A DNA stretch of 49,837 nucleotides from the IMG/VR virus record IMGVR_UViG_3300045988_175398; one strand, written 5' to 3'. Below, piece after piece: positions 9,291-17,530 of the stretch (position 1 is its first letter; each line of letters opens with the position of its first letter). The notes beneath the pieces are model-generated. The model made no database searches, was not told the origin of the DNA, and saw only the letters and a list, made by a program, of their open reading frames with translations. A program made the translations under genes and the position numbers. The stretch comes from a virus.

Positions 9291-9806
9291 ATGAAAATTG
9301 GAGATATCAAAACAATTCTTGACAGCGGTGATGTGCAAAGATATCACGCCATGCCGTGTGTCAGGGATAAGCAAACAAATTCACAGCACCAATGGCGAGC
9401 ATCTATGATTCTTGGCTTCATCTATAACAAGCCAATATCTTATCAGATGCTTATGGCTTGCCTGCTGCATGACTTTTATGAGATATTCACAGGCGATATC
9501 CCGTCAACTGTAAAATGGGAGCATCCAGAGATTAAGAAGATTGTTGATAGCATTGAAGAGGATTTGGCTATGGCTCACGAAATGTATGTGCCAAGCCAAG
9601 AAGAAAAGGATGCAATCAAGATTGCTGACTGTCTTGAGATGATAACATTTTTGGCTGAGAATACTTCAATTGTTAATTCTGCCAAAGCTCACAAAACTAT
9701 GCTGAATCATATTGAGTGCATTCTTAACAAAGAACAGTACAAATTCAAGCAAGTTTTCAATTCAGATAACATTTACAAAATTGTCGGAGAATACAGTGCA
9801 AGATAG
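9291..9806 (+). CDS. HD-domain phosphohydrolase (YfbR-like 5'-deoxynucleotidase)
   Basis: RYHAMP...H...LLHDFYEIFTGDIP: H, HD, D metal ligands in YfbR-like order; 171 aa. Confidence 0.65.
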   Translation: MKIGDIKTILDSGDVQRYHAMPCVRDKQTNSQHQWRASMILGFIYNKPISYQMLMACLLHDFYEIFTGDIPSTVKWEHPEIKKIVDSIEEDLAMAHEMYVPSQEEKDAIKIADCLEMITFLAENTSIVNSAKAHKTMLNHIECILNKEQYKFKQVFNSDNIYKIVGEYSAR

Positions 9807-10737
9807 ATTACAAATTTGGGGTGCTGGAATGGCAGGGCTTATAGCTGCCAATGTTCTAAGAAAGCACAACCCGATTGTTTATGAAGCAAAATCAGAGCTG
9901 CCTCATAATCATAAAGCCCTTTTGAGATTTAGAACAGATAAAGTGTCGATTGCTACCGGCATTCCATTCAAGAAAGTTAGCATCCGAAAGGCTATATGGC
10001 ACGATGGTAAACTTTACAACGAAAGCAATTTGAAATTTGATAACCTTTATTCCCAGAAAGTCACAGGAACAGTTGCCAAGCGCAGCATCGAGAATTTCCA
10101 TGGTGAAGTTCGCTATATAGCCCCGCACGATTTTGTTGAAAGATTGGCTGAGGGTGTTGAGATTGAATACAATCATAAAGTTGAACAACCAAGTGGTGGT
10201 GTTGCAATTTCAACCTTGCCTATGCCGTTGAATATGAAAATTTCTGGATTGGCTGACAGCACCAAGTATGAATGCAAAGAAATATGTTCTGTGAATTTTT
10301 TCATTGAAGAGCCATTCGTGGATGTTTATCAGACCATTTATGATGTTGATGAGAACACACCATTTTACCGATTGAGCATTTCTGGCAATGAAGGAATTTT
10401 TGAGGGAAGAAAAGAAGTGATTGATGCTTTGTCTGAAAAAGACCCTAATTTCAATTTAGTCAGACCAATTTTAAGGGAATATTTTGGCATAAAAGATGCT
10501 GAATTTACAATCCCTGCAAAGGTTGTTCAGCCACTTGGAAAAATTATTCCTGTGGATGATACAGCCCGCAGAAACAACATTCTTAATTTAAGCCGCGAAA
10601 GGCAAATTTATTCACTTGGCAGATTTGCAACTTGGCGGCAAATTATGCTTGATGATGTGATTGGTGACATTGATGTCATTGAAAAAATCATGAAGCAAGA
10701 CAATTATAACAAAACATTGTACATGTGTAACAGATGA
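9796..10737 (+). CDS. FAD/NAD(P)-binding Rossmann-fold protein (flavoenzyme, function unknown)
   Basis: N-terminal IWGAGMAGLIAANVL (GxGxxG dinucleotide-binding beta-alpha-beta); GTG start at 9796 with GGAGA SD proposed because the first in-frame ATG candidates either lie far upstream (9712, deep overlap) or truncate the Rossmann motif. Confidence 0.45.
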   Translation: MQDRLQIWGAGMAGLIAANVLRKHNPIVYEAKSELPHNHKALLRFRTDKVSIATGIPFKKVSIRKAIWHDGKLYNESNLKFDNLYSQKVTGTVAKRSIENFHGEVRYIAPHDFVERLAEGVEIEYNHKVEQPSGGVAISTLPMPLNMKISGLADSTKYECKEICSVNFFIEEPFVDVYQTIYDVDENTPFYRLSISGNEGIFEGRKEVIDALSEKDPNFNLVRPILREYFGIKDAEFTIPAKVVQPLGKIIPVDDTARRNNILNLSRERQIYSLGRFATWRQIMLDDVIGDIDVIEKIMKQDNYNKTLYMCNR

Positions 10738-10748
10738 AAGGAAACACC

Positions 10749-11351
10749 ATGGCTTCACCAAGAAAAAAGAAGATGGCAAAGTATATGATTGATGATTTGC
10801 TAGCCATCGCAAAGAAACAGATTATCACACTCAATCCTTGTCTTGATTTGAAAGCTGTTTTGCAAAAAATGGCTCAGGAATATGCAGATGTCCAAAAAGA
10901 AATTTTGATAAAACATTTTCCTCAAGATGAAATGGAAATTTTGGCAAAATATAAAAAGGCTTATATTCAGCAGAGCTTTGATTTGCCTCATGCAGGATAT
11001 ACAGGGCAGCTCGGGATTCTTCTTCCTGAAAGTTGGCGATGGAATTTCAGTGATGCAATATATGAAGAAAACCAAAGCAAATATGGAAATATGGTTGATG
11101 AAGAAAAACAGAAGATTAACAAAGAGCTTGAGCTCCAGTTGAAGCCGTACAAGAATCTTCTCAATTCAGTTGGCTATCTTGAAGATGTCATCAAGCATTG
11201 GAACAACAAGGAGGTGGAAGAATACATCTCAAAAAAGTCTGAATGTATAGTTTGCACAGCCTTGGTGACTTTAACTGATGCTGATGTAAAAATCATCAAA
11301 ATGAATGAAAAATTGTTGCAGGAGAAAGAAAATGGAAGTTCGGTTAATTAA
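10749..11351 (+). CDS. hypothetical protein (200 aa)
   Basis: ORF track 10734..11351; ATG at 10749 matches the conserved leader (tgaaaggaaacaccATG). Confidence 0.5.
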   Translation: MASPRKKKMAKYMIDDLLAIAKKQIITLNPCLDLKAVLQKMAQEYADVQKEILIKHFPQDEMEILAKYKKAYIQQSFDLPHAGYTGQLGILLPESWRWNFSDAIYEENQSKYGNMVDEEKQKINKELELQLKPYKNLLNSVGYLEDVIKHWNNKEVEEYISKKSECIVCTALVTLTDADVKIIKMNEKLLQEKENGSSVN

Positions 11352-12057
11352 CTACACCAAAGATGCAGTTGACACACTGCTTTACACGAAAAGCACACGC
11401 CTTGAACTTGGCAAAGAAACAGAAAATAAAATCAAAGCAATGTCAGAAGAAGAAAAGATGGCTGAGCTTGATTATATGAGCAAGACTGTTCCAAGCTCTT
11501 GGGAATTTGTAGATTACATTTTTGAAATCAGAGGTGTGAGCCGTGCATTCACACACCAATTTGTCAGAACTCGTACAGGCTCATACGCACAGCAGACCAT
11601 GCGAATGCTGAATATGGAAAATTTTGACTATGTCAAGAACTATACTTTTGGTGGCAATGGTTTGGCAAGCCAAATTTATGACAAGACCATGGCTGATATC
11701 AATGAAGCATACAAGAAGATGATTGAGCTTGGCATTCCAGAAGAAGATGCAAGGGGCGTTTTGCCGACTAATATTTGCACAAATATCATTGCCAAATTTA
11801 ATTTAAGAACTTTGGCTGAGTTGGCAAAATCTCGCACAGGCTATCGCACACAGAATGAATACAGACAGGTGTTTGATGAGATGATAAAGAGAGTTGTAGA
11901 AGTCCATCCGTGGGCTGAGAAATTCTTAATTTCACATAAAACAGAAGCAGCCATGGGAATGGATAAGTTTATCAATGGTGTTCTGGAAAAGGGTGCTGTC
12001 ACCAAAGATGAAGCTGTTGCTGCTCGCAAGCTTCTTGACATTTTGAGAAAGGAATAG
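11332..12057 (+). CDS. thyX: ThyX-family flavin-dependent thymidylate synthase-like protein
   Basis: RAFTHQFVRTRTGSYAQQTMR aligns to the ThyX signature (RHRx7S region) but with RHR replaced by RTR; 241 aa; start at 11332 (MEVRLINYTKD) with GGAGAAAG SD. Confidence 0.6.
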   Translation: MEVRLINYTKDAVDTLLYTKSTRLELGKETENKIKAMSEEEKMAELDYMSKTVPSSWEFVDYIFEIRGVSRAFTHQFVRTRTGSYAQQTMRMLNMENFDYVKNYTFGGNGLASQIYDKTMADINEAYKKMIELGIPEEDARGVLPTNICTNIIAKFNLRTLAELAKSRTGYRTQNEYRQVFDEMIKRVVEVHPWAEKFLISHKTEAAMGMDKFINGVLEKGAVTKDEAVAARKLLDILRKE

Positions 12058-12059
12058 CA

Positions 12060-12626
12060 ATGGATGAAGTTATTATCTTTGATATTGACGGAACACTTGC
12101 AAAAACAAGTCCTGAACGGCTTAAATTTTTGAAGCCAAAATTTGGAAGTTCTGTTGAATATAATGGTGGAAAATTCATATTTCTTGAGGAGTTGAAAACA
12201 AAGGAAAATATTGTTGTTCTTGAAAATGAGCATGGTGTTTTCTTTGCAGATAAAAGCAAAGTGAAATTTAAACCAGACTATGATTCTTTTAATGATTCTT
12301 TGGAGTTGGATGCTCCAAATGCAAATATTGTTAAAATTTGCCAAGCTCTTTCTGAAATATATCCCATATACATTTGCACAGGAAGGAATGAGAAATTCAG
12401 AGAAAGAACAGAAGTGTGGCTAACCAATAATAATATTCCATACAATCAAATTTGGATGCGACCTAATAATAATACAGAACCAGATGCAATTGTCAAAAAA
12501 AGAATGCTTGATGCAATTCAAGGAACTTGCAATGTAATTGCTGTTTTTGATGACAGAGAGAAAGTTGTTAACATGTGGCGTGAGAATGGCATTCTCTGCT
12601 GCCAAGTTGCCAAAGGAGAATATTGA
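12060..12626 (+). CDS. HAD-superfamily hydrolase/phosphatase
   Basis: N-terminal IIFDIDGTL (DxDGT motif I of HAD phosphatases). Confidence 0.55.
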   Translation: MDEVIIFDIDGTLAKTSPERLKFLKPKFGSSVEYNGGKFIFLEELKTKENIVVLENEHGVFFADKSKVKFKPDYDSFNDSLELDAPNANIVKICQALSEIYPIYICTGRNEKFRERTEVWLTNNNIPYNQIWMRPNNNTEPDAIVKKRMLDAIQGTCNVIAVFDDREKVVNMWRENGILCCQVAKGEY

Positions 12627-13000
12627 TGGTTGATAAAATGACATTTAATGACAAATTGTTAAAATTGTCTGGACTTTCTAGTGAGATTTTATCTAAATCA
12701 GAGAAGAGTGCAGAGTTTATAGCAATCCAAGATACATTGGCAAAAATACACGCTGGCAAGGGCGTTTTGTACGGTGACTATGTGAAAACAAGAAGCCAAG
12801 AGCCTAAGAATTTTGCTTTGCTGTCTTTGTTCTTTGATGTCAAAAGAAAGTATGTCAGATTTGAAAACATGGCAAAGATGATAGCTTCTGGTGAAAAACT
12901 TTCTCATGATGAAATCATCGACACCTTGTCAGATTTGGCTGTGTATGGTGTTATGGGTTTAATGCTTATGGATTATTTGGAAGGAAACAGCAATGACTGA
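12623..13000 (+). CDS. hypothetical protein (125 aa)
   Basis: ORF track; coupled start/stop. Confidence 0.45.
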   Translation: MMVDKMTFNDKLLKLSGLSSEILSKSEKSAEFIAIQDTLAKIHAGKGVLYGDYVKTRSQEPKNFALLSLFFDVKRKYVRFENMAKMIASGEKLSHDEIIDTLSDLAVYGVMGLMLMDYLEGNSND

Positions 13001-13550
13001 ACACAAAAGAATTGCAATTGTATTTGATACAGAGACCACAGGACTGCTGAAGCCTGAATCAACCCCCTTATCAGAGCAGCCACAGATTATAGAATTTGCT
13101 GGCATCAAGGTTGATTTTGACACGCTTGAGGAAATTGACAGGCTTGAATTCTTTGTAAATCCAGGTATCAAGCTTCCTGACAAAATCACAGAAATCACCC
13201 ACATCACAGATGCTATGTTGGCTGGTCAGCCGAAGTTTGCCAAAAGATATCCGGAATTGTGCAGATTTTTCCTTGGCACAACTCACTTGATTGCCCACAA
13301 CTTGGCTTATGACCGTGACATGCTCAAAAATGAATTGTTAAGACTTGGCAAAGGTTGCCAATTCCCTTGGCCAGCTGTTCATATTTGTACATGTGAGGGA
13401 ACAAAGTCCATGCATGGATATCGCCTGAACTTGACCAAATTACACCAAGAAGCCTTTGGAGAAACCTTTGACAATGCCCACAGAGCCATGGGAGATGTGG
13501 AAGCTCTGCTGCGCTGTGTCAAATGGTTAAGAACAAAAGAAATGTTGTAA
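12993..13550 (+). CDS. DnaQ-like 3'-5' exonuclease (DEDDh, proofreading-subunit-like)
   Basis: IVFDTETTGL (Exo I), HNLAYDRDML (Exo II), HRAMGDVEAL (Exo III, H-x4-D). Confidence 0.7.
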   Translation: MTEHKRIAIVFDTETTGLLKPESTPLSEQPQIIEFAGIKVDFDTLEEIDRLEFFVNPGIKLPDKITEITHITDAMLAGQPKFAKRYPELCRFFLGTTHLIAHNLAYDRDMLKNELLRLGKGCQFPWPAVHICTCEGTKSMHGYRLNLTKLHQEAFGETFDNAHRAMGDVEALLRCVKWLRTKEML

Positions 13551-13566
13551 TTTTGGAGTTGAGAGA

Positions 13567-14652
13567 ATGCTGAATAATATTAAAGTCCGCACAGAATATT
13601 CATTCAGAATAGCATACGGATTCATTGAACAAGTTGCCAAGACTATCCCTGGTGATGCCATTGGCATATGCGATAGACACGGGACTTGGGGACATGTTCA
13701 GTTTGCTAAGTATTGCAAAAAATATGGCAAGAAGCCTATTTTTGGAGTTGAGCTGGCGACTGTTGAAAATGCCAAAGAGAATCAGAAGCAGGAAACAACA
13801 TACATTTCATTTTTGGCTCGCAATAATGCAGGACTGAAAGAATTGTATGAGCTGGCGACAAAGTCAACAGAGCAATTCTATTACACACCAAGAATTGACT
13901 ACAATGATGTTTTGGGAGTTAGTGCCAATATTTTCATCATTCTCTCTAACTTTACAGACTACATGCGAGAAAATGAGGATTTTCGGAAGCTATACAGCAG
14001 AGAAAATGTTTTCCTTGGTTTATCCCCCAACACACCTATGAATGCCCACTCGTATGCCAAAAAAATGCGGATTAAATGTGCAGCTGTTTCTGACAACTAT
14101 ATGCTGAAGCCGGAAGATTATCCTGTTTATCAGATTCTTGCCAGTGGTGCAGCTGAATCAAATATCAATCCAATCCATGTTTTGGATGAAGATGAATGGG
14201 AGCTGCTTGGCTGGGATGATGATGAAGCAATTGCCAATGCAAATTTCATAGCTGCTGAGTGTAATGCTGAATTGCCAAAAGCAGAAATGGTGCATCCGCC
14301 TCGTCCTGACACTTTGTACAATATGTGTGTCAAAGGTGCCAAAGAAAGAGGTGTTGACTTAACAAATGAAGTGTACAAAGCAAGATTAAAGAAAGAGTTG
14401 ACTCTTATTGAAAGAAAAGGATTTGAAGATTATTTTTATTTGATTGCCGACTTGTGCAAATTCAGCAAGAAACATATGCTTGTTGGTCCAGCCCGTGGCA
14501 GCTCATCAGGAAGTCTTGTTTGCTATCTTTTGTATATCACTGATATTGACCCAATTCCATATGATTTGATTTTTGAACGCTTTATTGACATCAATCGTGG
14601 AGGGCACAGATTCAATAAAAAAGTTGTTGACTTTTTTGAAAATATGGAATAA
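13567..14652 (+). CDS. dnaE: DNA polymerase III alpha (DnaE-type) N-terminal fragment: degenerate PHP domain + start of palm
   Basis: GPARGSSSGSLVCYLLYITDIDPIPYDLIFERFI matches the conserved DnaE segment GRGSxAGSLVAYxLxITDxDPL...FERFLNPER; ORF stops just before the catalytic PDxDxDF motif. Confidence 0.7.
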   Translation: MLNNIKVRTEYSFRIAYGFIEQVAKTIPGDAIGICDRHGTWGHVQFAKYCKKYGKKPIFGVELATVENAKENQKQETTYISFLARNNAGLKELYELATKSTEQFYYTPRIDYNDVLGVSANIFIILSNFTDYMRENEDFRKLYSRENVFLGLSPNTPMNAHSYAKKMRIKCAAVSDNYMLKPEDYPVYQILASGAAESNINPIHVLDEDEWELLGWDDDEAIANANFIAAECNAELPKAEMVHPPRPDTLYNMCVKGAKERGVDLTNEVYKARLKKELTLIERKGFEDYFYLIADLCKFSKKHMLVGPARGSSSGSLVCYLLYITDIDPIPYDLIFERFIDINRGGHRFNKKVVDFFENME

Positions 14653-14684
14653 AGTTTGATTGACATAAACAGATAGGATTATCT

Positions 14685-15506
14685 ATGCAAGAAAAAGAAG
14701 AGCTTGAAGAACTTTTGAAAAAATACAATTCTCAAAAAAGAGTTGCAGAGATTCTTCATGTTAGCCAAATGGCAATATCTCGCAAGAAAAGGAAACTTGG
14801 AATCACCCATGATGGTAAGATTCTTGCAAATAAAGATTATTCAAAAAGAATGCAGCAATCAGAAATGATGGCAAATAAATATGAATCAAGAGAAATTTCT
14901 CCATATTGGCTTGGCAAAAAACAACCTGAAGAAATGATTGAAAAAAGAGTTGCAAAAATAAAAGGAAAGGCTGCATGGAATTCAGGAACAGCAAAGAAAA
15001 TTGATAGCACCTGCCAGCAGTGTGGCAAAATTTTTCAGCACTCTCCTTCAAGAAAAAGAAAATTTTGTTCACTTGACTGCAGGAATAAATATTTTTCTAT
15101 TTTGTATTCTGATGGAAGGCTTAAAAATAAGAATAATCCGAATTTCGCTAACGGCGAGAAAATACATCTTGCTCACATTCGAGGTTGCTATGAAAATAGA
15201 GTTCTTCCGGAATATACAAGAGGGAAAAAGATAAGACACAATGGCAATACATTCAGAAGCTCATGGGAATATGAATATGCAATCTGGCTTGAAGAAAATT
15301 CAATTGATTATTTATATGAGAGCAAAAGATTTAAGTTATCAGATGGCAGAACATATACACCAGATTTTTATATACCATCTAAAGATGAATTTATAGAAAT
15401 AAAGGGATTCTGGTATGAAAAAGCGAAAGAAAAATTCTGCAAATTTAGACAGGAATATCCTGATATTAAAATTTTAATTATAGAGGACAAGCAATGGAAG
15501 ATTTAA
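14685..15506 (+). CDS. homing-endonuclease-like protein inserted in dnaE (N-terminal HTH, CxxC...CxxC zinc ribbon, C-terminal PD-(D/E)XK nuclease)
   Basis: RVAEILHVSQMAISRKKRKLGI (HTH); CQQCGKIF...CSLDCRNKYF (zinc ribbon); TPDFYIPSKDEFIEIKG (PD...E-x-K); sits exactly between the two DnaE halves. Confidence 0.55.
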   Translation: MQEKEELEELLKKYNSQKRVAEILHVSQMAISRKKRKLGITHDGKILANKDYSKRMQQSEMMANKYESREISPYWLGKKQPEEMIEKRVAKIKGKAAWNSGTAKKIDSTCQQCGKIFQHSPSRKRKFCSLDCRNKYFSILYSDGRLKNKNNPNFANGEKIHLAHIRGCYENRVLPEYTRGKKIRHNGNTFRSSWEYEYAIWLEENSIDYLYESKRFKLSDGRTYTPDFYIPSKDEFIEIKGFWYEKAKEKFCKFRQEYPDIKILIIEDKQWKI

Positions 15507-17530
15507 TTGAAAAAATTGAAGAATTATCCGATAAAAAAGGGCTTAGCAGAAAAATAATCAACAGTGAAATTTCATCATTGCTGTCTTGTGATAAAGTTTT
15601 CAAAAAGATTGAAGCTATGTATGAAGAAGGAAAGAAAATTGATTCTGATAAAATGAATTTTTGGACGCTTTATCTTCTTGGAATAACAGACAAAGAGCCT
15701 ACTCAGCAGCAGCTTGATGAGTGTTTCTATTACATTCCTGACTATCCTGATATTGATATTGACTTCCAAGACACCAAGCGTGATATGGTTTTTGAATACT
15801 TAAAAGAAACATATGGTGCAGAATGCGTTGCCAGAATTGGTTCGGTTAGCCGTTACAAAGCAAAATCTACAATCACTGATGTGGCAAAGGAATTGCAAAT
15901 TCCAGTTTGGGAAGTCGAAGACTTAAAAGGAGCTATCATTGAGCGAAGTGGTGGTGATGCCCGTGCAGCATTCTGTATTATGGACACTTTTAATGAGCTT
16001 GATATTGGCAAGAAAACTCTTGAAAAATATCCGCAGCTGGCTATTGCTGCCAAACTTGAAGCCCATGCCCGCCACACAGGACAGCACGCAGCAGGAACTT
16101 TGGTAACTGCTCATCCATTGAGCAACTATTGCTCTGGTGATGCTCACACAGGTGCAACCCAAATTGATAAAAAGGATGCAGAAGTTCTTGACTTGTTAAA
16201 GATTGATGCTTTGGGGCTTAGAACTTTGACAATCATTCAGGAAATTCTTGACAATGTAGGCTGGACACGTGATGACTTGCTGAATTATCCAATGGATGAC
16301 CAAGAAGCATTTGACATTTTGAACAAAAGAAAATTTACAGGCGTTTTTCAGTTTGAAGGAACAGCACTGCAATCACTTTGTGGACAGATTGATGTCAATG
16401 AGTTTGAAGACATCGTCAGCATCACAGCTTTGGCTCGACCTGGACCATTGGTCAGTGGTGGTGCAACCAAATTCTGTGCAAGAAGGACTGGCAAAGAAAA
16501 AACAACCTATCTGCATCCAATGATGGAAAAGCATACCAAAATTACATATGGCATTGTTGTTTATCAAGAGCAAGTTATGACAATCGGGCGTGATATTGGC
16601 AAGCTATCTTGGGAAGATGTTTCTGCTTTGCGTAAAGCCATGTCAAAATCTCTCGGAAAAGAGTTCTTTGACCAATATTGGGAGAAATTCAAAATTGGTG
16701 CAATTGAGAATGGTTTGACAGAGCAGGAAGCCCAAACAATTTGGGAGCAGATTAACACCATGGGATCTTGGGCATTTAACCGTTCGCATGCCGTCAGCTA
16801 TGGATTAGTTAGCTATTGGACAATGGTTTTGAAGGCAAAATTCCCAATTGAATTTGCAGCTGCAACCTTGCGCAATGCCAAAGATGAAGACCAATGTATC
16901 AGGCTGTTGCGTGAGATGGTTAAGGAAGGATTTGGATATTGTGCATTTGACAAAGAAAAATCTGAAAAGAATTGGAGCATCAAAGACAATACAATCTATG
17001 GCGGATATATCAATGTCAAAGGAATTGGACCAAAGATTGCGGATGATATTGAGTTGAGAAGAAAAGAAGGAAGACCATTGACTCCAAGACAAGAGAAATT
17101 GCTTGAAACAGCTGTTACAAAGTATGACTGTTTGTTTGAAGGCAAAGAAAGATTTGGTGATATTTACGAGCATCCGGAAAAATACAACATTGCCACCAAA
17201 ATAAGCCTGATTGAAGAGTTGGATGGTGATGCTGAGGGTGTTGTGCTTTTCTTGGGCAAAATATCAGAAAAGAACTTGCGTGATGACAACGAACTTATCA
17301 ATGTGGAAAAGCGTGGCGGATATAGAATCAAAGGACAGTCTTTGTTCTTAAACTTCCGCGCTGAAGATGACACAGACAAAATCCTTTGCCGAGTTAACAG
17401 AGACAAATATCTGCAATATGGCAAGCCAATCGTTGAAGATGGCAGAGATGGTGACTGGTACATTTTCAAAGGGCGCAAAATTAAAGGATTGAGAATGGTT
17501 AACATTCTGAGATGGAGAAAAATATCGTGA
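15494..17530 (+). CDS. dnaE: DNA polymerase III alpha (DnaE-type) C-terminal fragment: catalytic palm (PDIDIDF) + fingers/thumb
   Basis: WTLYLLGITDKEPT...YIPDYPDIDIDFQDTKRDMVFEYLKETYG matches DnaE ...LGITDVDPL...PDFDIDF...R..V..Y...KYG; own SD (GAGGA) and ATG. Confidence 0.7.
   Translation: MEDLIEKIEELSDKKGLSRKIINSEISSLLSCDKVFKKIEAMYEEGKKIDSDKMNFWTLYLLGITDKEPTQQQLDECFYYIPDYPDIDIDFQDTKRDMVFEYLKETYGAECVARIGSVSRYKAKSTITDVAKELQIPVWEVEDLKGAIIERSGGDARAAFCIMDTFNELDIGKKTLEKYPQLAIAAKLEAHARHTGQHAAGTLVTAHPLSNYCSGDAHTGATQIDKKDAEVLDLLKIDALGLRTLTIIQEILDNVGWTRDDLLNYPMDDQEAFDILNKRKFTGVFQFEGTALQSLCGQIDVNEFEDIVSITALARPGPLVSGGATKFCARRTGKEKTTYLHPMMEKHTKITYGIVVYQEQVMTIGRDIGKLSWEDVSALRKAMSKSLGKEFFDQYWEKFKIGAIENGLTEQEAQTIWEQINTMGSWAFNRSHAVSYGLVSYWTMVLKAKFPIEFAAATLRNAKDEDQCIRLLREMVKEGFGYCAFDKEKSEKNWSIKDNTIYGGYINVKGIGPKIADDIELRRKEGRPLTPRQEKLLETAVTKYDCLFEGKERFGDIYEHPEKYNIATKISLIEELDGDAEGVVLFLGKISEKNLRDDNELINVEKRGGYRIKGQSLFLNFRAEDDTDKILCRVNRDKYLQYGKPIVEDGRDGDWYIFKGRKIKGLRMVNILRWRKIS

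Noticed and set aside
9712-9795. ATG at 9712 as start of the Rossmann flavoprotein (341 aa, track annotation)
   Set aside because: It would overlap the HD hydrolase gene by 95 nt in another frame. A GTG at 9796 with a GGAGA SD retains the full GxGxxG fold. The choice remains uncertain.
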